Shown here piece by piece: positions 1 to 10,448 of a stretch of 32,000 nucleotides of DNA. The position numbers were made by a program, and so were the translations under genes. The stretch spans positions 1,020,001-1,052,000 of the forward strand of contig NZ_CP017260.1 in assembly GCF_001735745.1 (NCBI RefSeq), read 5' to 3'. Under the pieces are notes generated by a model. It was given only the letters and a program-made list of their open reading frames with translations. It ran no database searches and was not told the DNA's origin. Positions within the stretch are counted from its first letter, which is position 1. Each line of letters begins with the position of its first letter. The stretch comes from Formosa sp. Hel1_33_131 (GTDB lineage Bacteria > Bacteroidota > Bacteroidia > Flavobacteriales > Flavobacteriaceae).

Positions 1-584
1 ATAATTTAGCAACAACGCTTTATACTTTCACACCAGACGCTGGACAATGTGCAGACGTCACCACCATGACCATTGTGGTGAATCCCATCAGTGTTTTAAC
101 AATCGACGCTACAAAGCTGTCGGAAGATTTTGATGCGAATCAAGTTATTTCAGTGTCTGCTACGGGCGGAAGTGGGACTTATGAATACCAATTAGATGGC
201 GGTGTTTGGCAAAGCAATGCAACCTTTGAATATGTAATTGGATGTCAAGAACATACGGTGGCTGTACGTGATGCACTTGGGTGTAGCACAATCCCTGAAA
301 CAACAGTAATGATTATGGAATTTCCAAAATTCTTTACGCCAAATGGCGATGGGTATAACGACACTTGGAACATCAAATGTTTGAGAGATGACCCCACTGC
401 GTTGATCTCTATTTTTGACCGTTTTGGAAAACTACTGTTTCAATTTAAACCCAGTCAAAATGCATGGAATGGTGTGTTTAATGGATTGATGTTACCAGCG
501 ACTGATTATTGGTTTGTGGTAAATTACTTGAAAAGTAATGACGTACAAACGGAGTTCAGATCCCATTTTTCATTACGCCATTGA
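1..584 (+). CDS. C-terminal end of a large T9SS-secreted repeat adhesin paralog (5' end lies outside the window)
   Basis: Frame 3 is open from nt 3 (NLATTLYTFTPDAGQCADVTTMTIVV...), so the Met at 66 is internal. It contains the end of a 66-aa Cys-repeat, an SprB-like GGSGTYEYQLDGG segment, and FPKFFTPNGDGYNDTWNI...DYWFVV...HFSLRH, which fits the gliding-motility-associated / T9SS type B C-terminal domain pattern (TIGR04131-like). It is roughly 75-80% identical to the C-termini of the two downstream paralogs. Confidence 0.85.
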   Translation, partial: NLATTLYTFTPDAGQCADVTTMTIVVNPISVLTIDATKLSEDFDANQVISVSATGGSGTYEYQLDGGVWQSNATFEYVIGCQEHTVAVRDALGCSTIPETTVMIMEFPKFFTPNGDGYNDTWNIKCLRDDPTALISIFDRFGKLLFQFKPSQNAWNGVFNGLMLPATDYWFVVNYLKSNDVQTEFRSHFSLRH

Positions 585-751
585 AAACGACTAAAAAATA
601 GGGGGTATTTCTTCAACTCAAAAATTAAAAACCAATCTTCCTTAATTCTGTTTGATTTATTGTTTTTTAAAAGTAATATGAGGGTTTAAATACTTTGTAT
701 TTGGATTATTTTTCATTTCTTTGAAGGATTAACCAATTTTAAGCTTACATA

Positions 752-3700
752 TTGATATTAAACCCTAGTGCTTCGACCCGTATAGCGTTGTTTATTTTAA
801 CCATTATCTGTTTTCAAACAGCTTCCCACACACAAACCTTAAATACAATTCGAAATGGTACACCAGGCTCAGGAGTATGGATGGGAAATAATGGATTAGC
901 CCCATGGGTTTTGGGTAAGGGCGACGATTGTTATCGAATAACCACTTCAGACCAAGGTCAAGGTGGAGCAGTATGGTATAATCACCCGATCAATTTTAAT
1001 AATCCTTTCACGATTAGTTATCAAGCTTATTTTGGACTTAATCAAAGTGGTGGAGATGGTATGGCCCTTGTTTTTAAGAGTAATAACAATAATGAGTTAG
1101 GATCAACAGGTGAAGGTATAGGATATGGAGGAATTAGTCCTTCAATGATTTTTGAGTTTGACACCTATTGGAACAGCGGAAAAGGGGATCCTCGTCCTGA
1201 ACCTAATGAAGATCACGTCGCATTCAACTGGTGGGGAAATCCAAATCACAACACATCTGCAATATCAAGTGTTCAGTCTGTTCCAAATATTGAAGACGAC
1301 GCCTTCCATGAAGTTAAAGTGACGTGGGAACCAGCGCCTGTTAGTCGACTTAGGCTTTATTTAGATTGTGACCTAAAATTAAGTATTAATGGGTTGTATA
1401 TTCAAACTGGCGTTATGGGTGGAGATTATACCAATTATTATTTTGGTTTTACAGGCTCCACAGGGGCAAACACAAACGCACAATTTGTTTGCTTTAACAG
1501 TATTTCATTTGTTGATGGCCTTAATATACCAGATACCACCATTTGCGAGGGACAAACAGTAACATGGATAAACGCTTTAATCCCCTCTGGGACCTCCTAC
1601 AGTTGGAGTCCAACAACGGGCGTTAGCAACCCTAACATTTCAAATCCAACATTCACACCCACTACCACAACAACCTATACCGTTAGTATTAGCGATGTGT
1701 GTGGGGACGTCACAACTGAAGATGTTACAATCAACGTCAACCCAAATATAGTTCCTAGTTTTCTAGTTGATGTTGATCTTTTCTGTGTAGGAGATGCCAA
1801 CCCATTAAACAACACCTCTTTAGAAGGAATTACAGGCAGCTGGTCGCCTGCCTTTGACAATACAACTTCTGGAACCTATACATTTACACCAACTGCAGGA
1901 CAATGCGCAACTACAGCAACAAAAACCATCACAGTCAATCCGTTTATTGACTCTAACTTTAATACTGTTGCCGACATTTGTGATGGCGACCCTTTAGCAC
2001 AACTGCCAACCACTTCTAACAATGGTATTACGGGAACTTGGAGTCCTGCTCTTGACAATACGATCACGACAGAGTATACATTTACACCTGATGGAGGGCA
2101 ATGTGCAAACCCAGCGAACCTCACCATCACAGTGATCCAAAAAACAGACCCTACATTTACAGCAGTTGCCGACATTTGTGATGGCGACCCATTAGCACAA
2201 CTGCCAATTGTCTCTAACAATGGGGTTACGGGTATTTGGGCACCAGCGCTTGACAATACGCTCACAACTATTTATACCTTCACACCCGATGCAGGACAAT
2301 GTGCAGATACAGCTACCCTAACGATTACAGTCAATCAAAAAACAGAGCCTGTGTTTACCGCTGTTGCTGATATTTGTAATGGCGACGTTTTAAATCCTTT
2401 ACCAACCACTTCTAATGATGGTTTTACGGGAACTTGGACACCGGTTCTTGACAACACACTGACGACGGTTTATACCTTTACTCCGGATGCAGGCGAGTGT
2501 GCAGATCCAACAACGCTCACAATCAATGTGAATCAAAAAGTAGATCCTGATTTTAATATAGTAAATGATGTTTGTAATGGAGCTATTTTAGCACCCTTAC
2601 CGACACTCTCAAACGACGGCTTCAACGGAACCTGGAGCCCAGCGCTTGACACCACCACAACAACGACTTATACCTTTACTCCTGACTTAGGCGATTGTGC
2701 AAATCCAGTAACCTCCACCATTACGGTCAATCCGATTGTTGATCCAACTTTTGACCCTGTTGATGACATCTGTGACGGCTCTGTTTTAGCTCCCCTACCG
2801 ACCATTTCTAACGAGGGAGTTAACGGAACTTGGAGTCCTGCGCTTGACGCTACAGCAACAACGACTTATACATTTACACCTGATGTGGGAGAATGTGCCA
2901 ACCCAACAACGCTCACCATTACCTATGTTGAAAAAATAAATTCTTTCTTTACGCCTGTTAATGACATTTGTAATGGAGACGTTTTAACACCGCTTCCGAC
3001 CACTTCCAACAATGGGGTTATCGGAACTTGGACGCCTGCACTGGACGCTACAGCAACAACGACTTATACATTTACACCTGGTGTGGGAGAATGTGCGTTT
3101 CCAACTACCCTCACTATTGTGGTGAACCAGAAGGTAAATCCTGATTTTACCCCTGTAAACGACATCTGTGACGGCGATTTATTACTGCCACTGCCTATCA
3201 CCTCTAACGATGGGATTACGGGGAGTTGGAGTCCAACGATTGATAATACGATTACAACCACTTATACATTTACACCCAACACTTGGGAGTGTGCAAATCC
3301 AATAACCCTTACTATTACGGTTGAGCAGAAAACAGACCCTGTGTTTACAGCTGTTGACGACATTTGTAATGGTGACGTTTTAGCAGCACTGCCAATCACG
3401 TCTAACAATGGTGTGACTGGAACTTGGAGTCCTGCGCTTGACAATACCCTGACGACTTTTTACACATTTACGCCTACTGCAGGACTCTGTGCAAACCCAG
3501 CAACGCTCTCGATTGTGGTGGAACAAAAAGTAGATCCTGTTTTTATCCCTGTTGACGACATTTGTGATGGCGATATTTTAGTGCCACTGCCAACCACTTC
3601 TAACGACGGGATCAACGGAACTTGGACGCCTGCACTTGACAATACACTGACGACTGTTTATACATTCACACCTGATACAGGAGAATGTGCAAACCCAGCA

Positions 3701-5806
3701 ACGCTCACCATCTCTGTAAATCAAAAAGTAGATCCTGTTTTTACCGCTGTTGATGACATTTGTGATGGCGATGTTTTAGCAGCACTGCCAACAACTTCGA
3801 ACAATGGGATTGTTGGTACTTGGAGTGCCGCAATGGACAATAGGCTGACAACCACTTATACATTTACGCCTGATGTAGGAGAATGTGCAAACCCAACAAC
3901 GCTCACGATTGTGGTGAACCAAAAAGTAGATCCTGACTTCACCCCTGTGAACGACATTTGTGATGGGGATCTTATAATGCCGCTACCAATTACCTCTAAC
4001 GATGGAATTACAGGAAGCTGGAGTCCAGCACTAGACAATACGCTCACAACCACTTATACCTTTACACCCGAGCTATGGGAATGTGCAAATCCAGCAACAC
4101 TCACCATTACGGTGGAACAGAAAACAAATCCTGATTTTACGGCTGTGGATGACATCTGTAACGGAGATGTTCTAACGCCACTGCCAACGACTTCGAACAA
4201 TGGGATTACGGGGACTTGGACGCCTGCGCTTGACAATACAACGACGTCTGTTTATACGTTTACTCCGGATGCAGGACTTTGTGCGAATCCAGCAACGCTT
4301 ACCATTGCAGTGATTCAAAAAGTGGACCCAATCTTCACTCCTGTGGATGGCATTTGTGAAAATGATGTTTTAGCTCCTTTGCCGACGACTTCTAACGACG
4401 GGATCACAGGAACTTGGACGCCTGCGCTTGATAACACCATAACAACGCTATATACGTTTACGCCAGATGTAGGAGAATGTGCAAATACTGCAACGCTCAC
4501 CATTCTTGTTGAACAAAGATTAAATTCAGTGTTTACGCCCGTTGATGCGATCTGTAATGGAGAGGCTTTGACAACTTTACCAACGACTTCTAATAATGGG
4601 ATTACGGGAACGTGGAGTCCTATTCTTAACAATAGGCTGACGACGACTTATACCTTTACTCCGAATTGGTGGGAGTGTGCTCGTACAGAAATACTCACTA
4701 TTGAAGTGAACCAAAAGGTGGATCCAGACTTTACCCCTGTGGATGCTATTTGTGACGGCGATTTTTTAACCGCCTTACCGACCACATCCAACGAGGGAAT
4801 TACAGGAAGTTGGAGTCCGATACTTGACAATACACAGACAACGACGTATCGATTTGCGCCCAATCCGTGGGAGTGTGCCATTCCTACAACGCTTACCATT
4901 GTAGTGGCTCAAAAAGCAGATCCTGTTTTCACGCCTGTAAATGACATTTGTGACGGGGATCTTTTAACGCCTTTACCAACGGTTTCTAATGATGGTTTTT
5001 CAGGGGTTTGGAGTCCAGCGATGGACAATACCACCACGACGCTTTACACATTTATGCCTGACATTGGCGAGTGTGCAAATCCAACTACGCTTACCATTGT
5101 GGTGATTCCAAACAGTATTTCTACGTTTACTCAGATTGATCCTATTTGCGATGGCGACACGGTGGTGTTGCCGACGGTCACTAACGAAGGGTTTAGAGGA
5201 TCTTGGACGCCTGCCTTCAACAACAATGCAACAACGACTTATACGTTTACCGCAGATCCCGGTGAATGTGCTGAACCCACCACTATGACGGTGGTTGTGA
5301 ATCCGATCAATGTGTTAACGATCAGTGCCATTAATCAGTCGGAAGATTTTGATGCGAATCAAATGATTTCAGTTTCCGTAACGGGAGGAAGTGGTTCTTA
5401 TGAATATCAGCTAGATGGTGGAAATTGGCAACTCAGCTCTGTTTTTGAATATGTGATTGGTTGTCAGGAACATACATTTAAGGTCAGAGATGTAATTGAT
5501 GTCTGTAATACACAACCGGAAGCAACCCTCACTATTTTGGAGTTCCCAAAGTTTTTTACACCAAATGGCGATGGCTATAACGATACTTGGAACATCAAAT
5601 GTTTGAGAGATGACGCTTCAGCTTCGGTCACTATTTTTGACCGTTTGGGAAAATTGTTGTTTCAATTTAGTCCCAATCGCAGTGCTTGGAATGGAACTTT
5701 TAATGGATCGATGTTGCCAGGAACTGATTATTGGTTTGTGGTGACTTACTTAAAAAGTGATGGCGTACAAACGCAGTTTAGATCCCATTTTTCATTGCGT
5801 CATTAG
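752..5806 (+). CDS. Giant T9SS cargo / adhesin: signal peptide + L-type lectin domain + 18 x 66-aa two-Cys repeats + SprB-like segment + T9SS type B CTD (1684 aa)
   Basis: TTG start at 752 follows an in-frame TAA at 740. The hydrophobic N-terminus is IALFILTIICFQTASH. Legume-lectin-like motifs are present (GGAVWY, GGDGMALVF, GIGYGG, IFEFDTYWN...GDP...DHVAFN). The repeats follow the pattern xDICxGDxLxPLPTTSNxGITGTWSPALDNTxTTxYTFTPxxGECAxPxTLTI. The C-terminal part is FPKFFTPNGDGYNDTWNI...HFSLRH. Confidence 0.9.
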   Translation: MILNPSASTRIALFILTIICFQTASHTQTLNTIRNGTPGSGVWMGNNGLAPWVLGKGDDCYRITTSDQGQGGAVWYNHPINFNNPFTISYQAYFGLNQSGGDGMALVFKSNNNNELGSTGEGIGYGGISPSMIFEFDTYWNSGKGDPRPEPNEDHVAFNWWGNPNHNTSAISSVQSVPNIEDDAFHEVKVTWEPAPVSRLRLYLDCDLKLSINGLYIQTGVMGGDYTNYYFGFTGSTGANTNAQFVCFNSISFVDGLNIPDTTICEGQTVTWINALIPSGTSYSWSPTTGVSNPNISNPTFTPTTTTTYTVSISDVCGDVTTEDVTINVNPNIVPSFLVDVDLFCVGDANPLNNTSLEGITGSWSPAFDNTTSGTYTFTPTAGQCATTATKTITVNPFIDSNFNTVADICDGDPLAQLPTTSNNGITGTWSPALDNTITTEYTFTPDGGQCANPANLTITVIQKTDPTFTAVADICDGDPLAQLPIVSNNGVTGIWAPALDNTLTTIYTFTPDAGQCADTATLTITVNQKTEPVFTAVADICNGDVLNPLPTTSNDGFTGTWTPVLDNTLTTVYTFTPDAGECADPTTLTINVNQKVDPDFNIVNDVCNGAILAPLPTLSNDGFNGTWSPALDTTTTTTYTFTPDLGDCANPVTSTITVNPIVDPTFDPVDDICDGSVLAPLPTISNEGVNGTWSPALDATATTTYTFTPDVGECANPTTLTITYVEKINSFFTPVNDICNGDVLTPLPTTSNNGVIGTWTPALDATATTTYTFTPGVGECAFPTTLTIVVNQKVNPDFTPVNDICDGDLLLPLPITSNDGITGSWSPTIDNTITTTYTFTPNTWECANPITLTITVEQKTDPVFTAVDDICNGDVLAALPITSNNGVTGTWSPALDNTLTTFYTFTPTAGLCANPATLSIVVEQKVDPVFIPVDDICDGDILVPLPTTSNDGINGTWTPALDNTLTTVYTFTPDTGECANPATLTISVNQKVDPVFTAVDDICDGDVLAALPTTSNNGIVGTWSAAMDNRLTTTYTFTPDVGECANPTTLTIVVNQKVDPDFTPVNDICDGDLIMPLPITSNDGITGSWSPALDNTLTTTYTFTPELWECANPATLTITVEQKTNPDFTAVDDICNGDVLTPLPTTSNNGITGTWTPALDNTTTSVYTFTPDAGLCANPATLTIAVIQKVDPIFTPVDGICENDVLAPLPTTSNDGITGTWTPALDNTITTLYTFTPDVGECANTATLTILVEQRLNSVFTPVDAICNGEALTTLPTTSNNGITGTWSPILNNRLTTTYTFTPNWWECARTEILTIEVNQKVDPDFTPVDAICDGDFLTALPTTSNEGITGSWSPILDNTQTTTYRFAPNPWECAIPTTLTIVVAQKADPVFTPVNDICDGDLLTPLPTVSNDGFSGVWSPAMDNTTTTLYTFMPDIGECANPTTLTIVVIPNSISTFTQIDPICDGDTVVLPTVTNEGFRGSWTPAFNNNATTTYTFTADPGECAEPTTMTVVVNPINVLTISAINQSEDFDANQMISVSVTGGSGSYEYQLDGGNWQLSSVFEYVIGCQEHTFKVRDVIDVCNTQPEATLTILEFPKFFTPNGDGYNDTWNIKCLRDDASASVTIFDRLGKLLFQFSPNRSAWNGTFNGSMLPGTDYWFVVTYLKSDGVQTQFRSHFSLRH
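1736..5296 (+). repeat. In-frame tandem repeat array, 18 units with an exact 198-bp period (last unit 195 bp), with a superimposed 792-bp (4-unit) higher-order period
   Basis: Unit starts were checked at 1736, 1934, 2132 and 5102, all in phase with 198 nt. By my count unit 8 vs 12 is about 85% identical at protein level and unit 9 vs 13 about 80%. Adjacent units 8 vs 9 are about 64%. Antisense ORFs in the track recur at a 792-nt offset (3064 vs 3856, 3262 vs 4054). Confidence 0.9.
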
Positions 5807-6003
5807 AAGTCGTGACGACACTTGAAATTAACTTTTAAAATAGCATCAAAAGAAGAGGGCGATTTTCAACACATAAATTGAAAAACAACCCCCTTAACTT
5901 CATGTAATTTATTGCAGTTTAAAAGCAATTCAACCTCCTAATTGCTTAGTAATTAGATTATTTTTCATTTCTTTGGGGGATTAACCAATTTTAAGCTTAC
6001 ATA

Positions 6004-9000
6004 TTGATATTAAATCCTAGTACCTCGACCCGTATAGCGTTGTTTATTTTAACCGTTATCTGTTTTCAAACAGCTTCCCACACACAAACCTTAAATACAA
6101 TTCGAAATGGTACACCAGGCTCAGGAGTATGGATGGGAAATAATGGATTAGCCCCATGGGTTTTGGGTAAGGGCGACGATTGTTATCGAATAACCACTTC
6201 AGACCAAGGTCAAGGTGGAGCAGTATGGTATAATCACCCGATCAATTTTAATAATCCTTTCACGATTAGTTATCAAGCTTATTTTGGACTTAATCAAAGT
6301 GGTGGAGATGGTATGGCCCTTGTTTTTAAGAGTAATAACAATAATGAGTTAGGATCAACAGGTGAAGGTATAGGATATGGAGGAATTAGTCCTTCAATGA
6401 TTTTTGAGTTTGACACCTATGGAACAGCGGAAAAGGGGATCCTCGTCCTGAACCTAATGAAGATCACGTCGCATTCAACTGGTGGGGAAATCCAAATCAC
6501 AACACATCTGCAATATCAAGTGTTCAGTCTGTTCCAAATATTGAAGACGACGCCTTCCATGAAGTTAAAGTGACGTGGGAACCAGCGCCTGTTAGTCGAC
6601 TTAGGCTTTATTTAGATTGTGACCTAAAATTAAGTATTAATGGGTTGTATATTCAAACTGGCGTTATGGGTGGAGATTATACCAATTATTATTTTGGTTT
6701 TACAGGCTCCACAGGGGCAAACACAAACGCACAATTTGTTTGCTTTAACAGTATTTCATTTGTTGATGGCCTTAATATACCAGATACCACCATTTGCGAG
6801 GGACAAACAGTAACATGGATAAACGCTTTAATCCCCTCTGGGACCTCCTACAGTTGGAGTCCAACAACGGGCGTTAGCAACCCTAACATTTCAAATCCAA
6901 CATTCACACCCACTACCACAACAACCTATACCGTTAGTATTAGCGATGTGTGTGGGGACGTCACAACTGAAGATGTTACAATCAACGTCAACCCAAATAT
7001 AGTTCCTAGTTTTCTAGTTGATGTTGATCTTTTCTGTGTAGGAGATGCCAACCCATTAAACAACACCTCTTTAGAAGGAATTACAGGCAGCTGGTCGCCT
7101 GCCTTTGACAATACAACTTCTGGAACCTATACATTTACACCAACTGCAGGACAATGCGCAACTACAGCAACAAAAACCATCACAGTCAATCCGTTTATTG
7201 ACTCTAACTTTAATACTGTTGCCGACATTTGTGATGGCGACCCTTTAGCACAACTGCCAACCACTTCTAACAATGGTATTACGGGAACTTGGAGTCCTGC
7301 TCTTGACAATACGATCACGACAGAGTATACATTTACACCTGATGGAGGGCAATGTGCAAACCCAGCGAACCTCACCATCACAGTGATCCAAAAAACAGAC
7401 CCTACATTTACAGCAGTTGCCGACATTTGTGATGGCGACCCATTAGCACAACTGCCAATTGTCTCTAACAATGGGGTTACGGGTATTTGGGCACCAGCGC
7501 TTGACAATACAATTACGACACTTTATACATTTACACCTACTGCAGGACTCTGTGCCAATCCAACAACGCTCACCATCACAGTGATCCAAAAAACAGACCC
7601 TACATTTACAGCTGTGAATGACATTTGTAACGGGGATGTTTTAAATCCTTTACCAACCACATCTAACAATGGAGTGAATGGAACTTGGACACCAGCACTG
7701 AACAATACACTCACGACACAGTATACTTTTACGCCTGATGCAGGCGAGTGTGCAAATACGGCTACGCTCGTGATTTTAGTGAATCAAAAAACAGACCCTA
7801 CCTTTGCAGCCATCAACGATATCTGTAATGGGGCTGCTTTAGACCCCTTGCCAACGATCTCAAACAATGGAGTGAACGGAACTTGGACCCCTGCACTTGA
7901 CAATACGTTAACGACGACTTATACATTTACACCAACTGCAGGACTCTGTGCAAATCCAACAACGCTTACCATCACAGTAAACGATCAAGTAGATCCCTTA
8001 TTTACGGCTGTTGCGGATATTTGTAATGGCGACATTATAGCACCCTTAGCAACCACGTCTAACAATGGCATTACAGGAAGTTGGAATCCAGCTCTTGATA
8101 ACACACTCACAACGACTTATACGTTTACGCCCAGTCCAACCGAATGTGCAAATCCAACAACACTCACTATTGTAGTCAACCAAAAAGTGAATCCACTATT
8201 TACGCCTGTTAATGACATTTGTAATGGCGACGTTTTAGTGCCTTTACCAACCACGTCTAACGATGGTATTACAGGGACTTGGAGTCCAACACTTGACAAT
8301 ACAATCACGACGACTTATACTTTTACCCCAGATGTAGGGGAATGTGCAAACCCAGCAACGCTCACGATTACAGTGATTCAAAAAGTGGACTCGATATTTA
8401 ACCCCATAGGTGACATCTGTAGTGGCGGTCCTCTAGTGCCACACCCAACGACCTCTAATAATGGGATCACAGGAACTTGGAGTCCTGCGCTTGACAATAC
8501 AATCACAACCTTATATACGTTTACCCCTGATGCAGGCGAATGTGCAAACCCAGCAACGCTTACCATATTAGTGAATCAAAGAGTTGACCCGACCTTTATG
8601 GCTGTTGGCGGTATCTGTAACGGTGCAGTTTTAGCGCCTTTACCAACTACCTCTAATGAGGGTATTAACGGAACTTGGAGTCCTGCACTGGACAATACAA
8701 TCACGACCTTATATACCTTTACGCCTGATCCAGGAGAATGTGCAAACCCAACAACGCTTACTATTACGGTAGGTGAACCAGTAGATCCCCTATTTACGCC
8801 TATAAACGACATCTGTAACGGAGAAGCTTTAGCACCCTTGCCTCCAACATCTAACAATGGGATTACCGGAACTTGGAATCAAGCACCTAGCAATACGGCT
8901 ACTGCTGTTTACATATTTACGCCTAATGCGTGGGAGTGTGCAAACCCAACAACACTCTCCATTACGGTAAATCAGAAAGTAGATCCTGACTTCACGCCTG

Positions 9001-10265
9001 TGAATGACATTTGTAATGGCGACGTTTTAGCACCCTTACCAACCACGTCTAACGATGGCATTATTGGTACTTGGACGCCTGCTGTTGACAATACGCTGAC
9101 AACCACCTATACGTTTACACCAGATCCAAACGAATGTGCCAACCCAGCAACCCTTACGATTGTAGTGAATCAAAAAGTAAACCCTGATTTCACCCCTGTG
9201 GATGATATCTGTACTGGAACTGTTTTAGCGCCTTTACCAACGACGGCTAACAATGGTGTAACCGGAACTTGGAGTCCAGCACTTGATAATACAATAACTA
9301 CCTTATATACATTTACACCTGATGCAGGCTTGTGTGCAAACCCAGCAACGCTGACCATTTTAGTGATCCAAAAATTAGATCCTATTTTTGACCCTATAAA
9401 CCTCATTTGTGAAGGCGATTTATTAGCACCCTTACCAACAAATTCCAATCAAGGAATTGCGGGAACTTGGAGTCCTGCACTGGACAATACTGCAACTGGC
9501 ATTTATACATTTACACCCAATGCAGGCGAATGTGCAAATCCTACAAACCTAACCGTTACAGTCATTCCTAACAGCATTTCTACGTTCACACAAATAGACC
9601 CTATTTGTGCCGGCGAGACGATCACATTACTAACACAATCGAATCAAGGATTTAATGGAACTTGGAGTCCTGCTGTTGATAATACCACAACGACGACTTA
9701 CACCTTTACAGCAGATCCAGGCGAATGTGCAGACCCAACCACAATGACGGTAGTGGTCATTCCTGTAAATGTTTTAACGATTAGTGCTATAAATCTTTCA
9801 GAGGAATTTGATGCGAATCAAGTTATTTCCGTAACGGCATCAGGCGGAAGTGGTTCTTATGAGTATCAATTAGATGGCGGAGATTGGCAGTTCAGTTCTA
9901 TTTTCGAATATGTAATTGGATGTGATGAGCATACGGTGGCGGTAAGAGATGCCGTTGATAGCTGTAACATCCAGCCAGAAACCACAGTTGCGATTATGGA
10001 GTTCCCTAAATTCTTTACACCTAATGGTGATGGTTATAACGATACTTGGAACATCAAATGTTTTCTTGACGACCCTTTTGCAATGGTGCGTTTATCCGAT
10101 CGTTACGGGAAGTTATTGTATGAATTTAAACCAAGTCTAGACTCATGGGATGGCTCATTCAATGGCGAGATGTTGCCCAGTACGGACTATTGGTTTGTGG
10201 TAACCTATATAAACAGTAATGGAGTGGAAACGATTTACAGATCTCACTTTTCTTTGAGACGTTAA
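6004..10265 (+). pseudogene. Frameshifted paralog of the 752..5806 adhesin (lectin head + 14 x 66-aa repeats + T9SS type B CTD), split into ORFs 6004..6573 and 6570..10265
   Basis: Copy 2 reads acacctaTTggaacagc at 1161-1177, while copy 3 reads acacctaTggaacagc at about 6414-6429. This is a single T deletion at 6420/6421 inside the EFDTYWN lectin motif. The downstream ORF starts at a GTG with no signal peptide and continues the same protein. The surrounding sequence is otherwise identical to copy 2. A sequencing error cannot be excluded. Confidence 0.8.
6987..9755 (+). repeat. In-frame 198-bp tandem repeat array, 14 units, in the frameshifted paralog
   Basis: The phase is the same as in copy 2 (offset 5251 after the indel). 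The last unit ends at ...DPTTMTVV (9755), before VIPVNVLTISAINLS. Confidence 0.85.
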
Positions 10266-10448
10266 GAGACGTCAATTTTTAAGCTAAATAACAGACAGTC
10301 ACATTCTTTTGTGAAACTAAAATAATTGCTTTTTAAAATATTTTTTTGTACTTAATTACATATTTCTTAAATAAATCGTAAATTTATGAGAATAATTCAA
10401 TTTTATTCACTAAATTAGGCAGTAACCAAACTTTTAAGTAATATATAG

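Noticed and set aside
584-752. Invertible (phase-variable) promoter upstream of the adhesin genes
   Set aside because: I looked for flanking inverted repeats in 584-752 and 5806-6004. I found only short direct matches (aaccaat), no IR pair and no nearby recombinase.
1675-4899. Nine antisense ORFs (60-129 aa) tiling the minus strand of the copy-2 repeat array
   Set aside because: They recur with the 198/792-bp repeat period and lie entirely inside a strongly supported plus-strand CDS. Their peptides are low-complexity (GVNV...SPSQMS) with no recognisable signal or motif. They are an artefact of stop-poor antisense frames in a repetitive T/N/P/G-rich coding sequence.
5807-6003. Rho-independent terminators after the adhesin genes (for example gtcgtgacgac at about 5808-5818 and gacgtc at about 10269)
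   Set aside because: The stems are only 4-6 bp with no convincing T-tract, which is too weak to call.
6926-9448. Equivalent antisense ORFs on the copy-3 repeat array, plus the out-of-frame plus-strand ORF 9949..10140
   Set aside because: The reasoning is the same as for copy 2. The first two are identical to the copy-2 antisense ORFs only because the underlying DNA is identical.
1736-9755. CRISPR array or diversity-generating retroelement (DGR) as the explanation for the regular repeats and the identical tract
   Set aside because: The repeats are 198 bp, contiguous without spacers and in-frame coding, so this is not CRISPR. No reverse transcriptase or template-repeat pair is present in the window. 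The paralog differences are not adenine-specific, and the shared tract is identical rather than A-mutagenised, so this is not a DGR.
6570-10265. Treating ORF 6570..10265 as an independent 1231-aa gene
   Set aside because: It starts at a GTG in the middle of the lectin domain and has no signal peptide or RBS context. It is collinear with copy 2 once the 1-nt deletion at 6420/6421 is restored, so it is the downstream part of a frameshifted gene.
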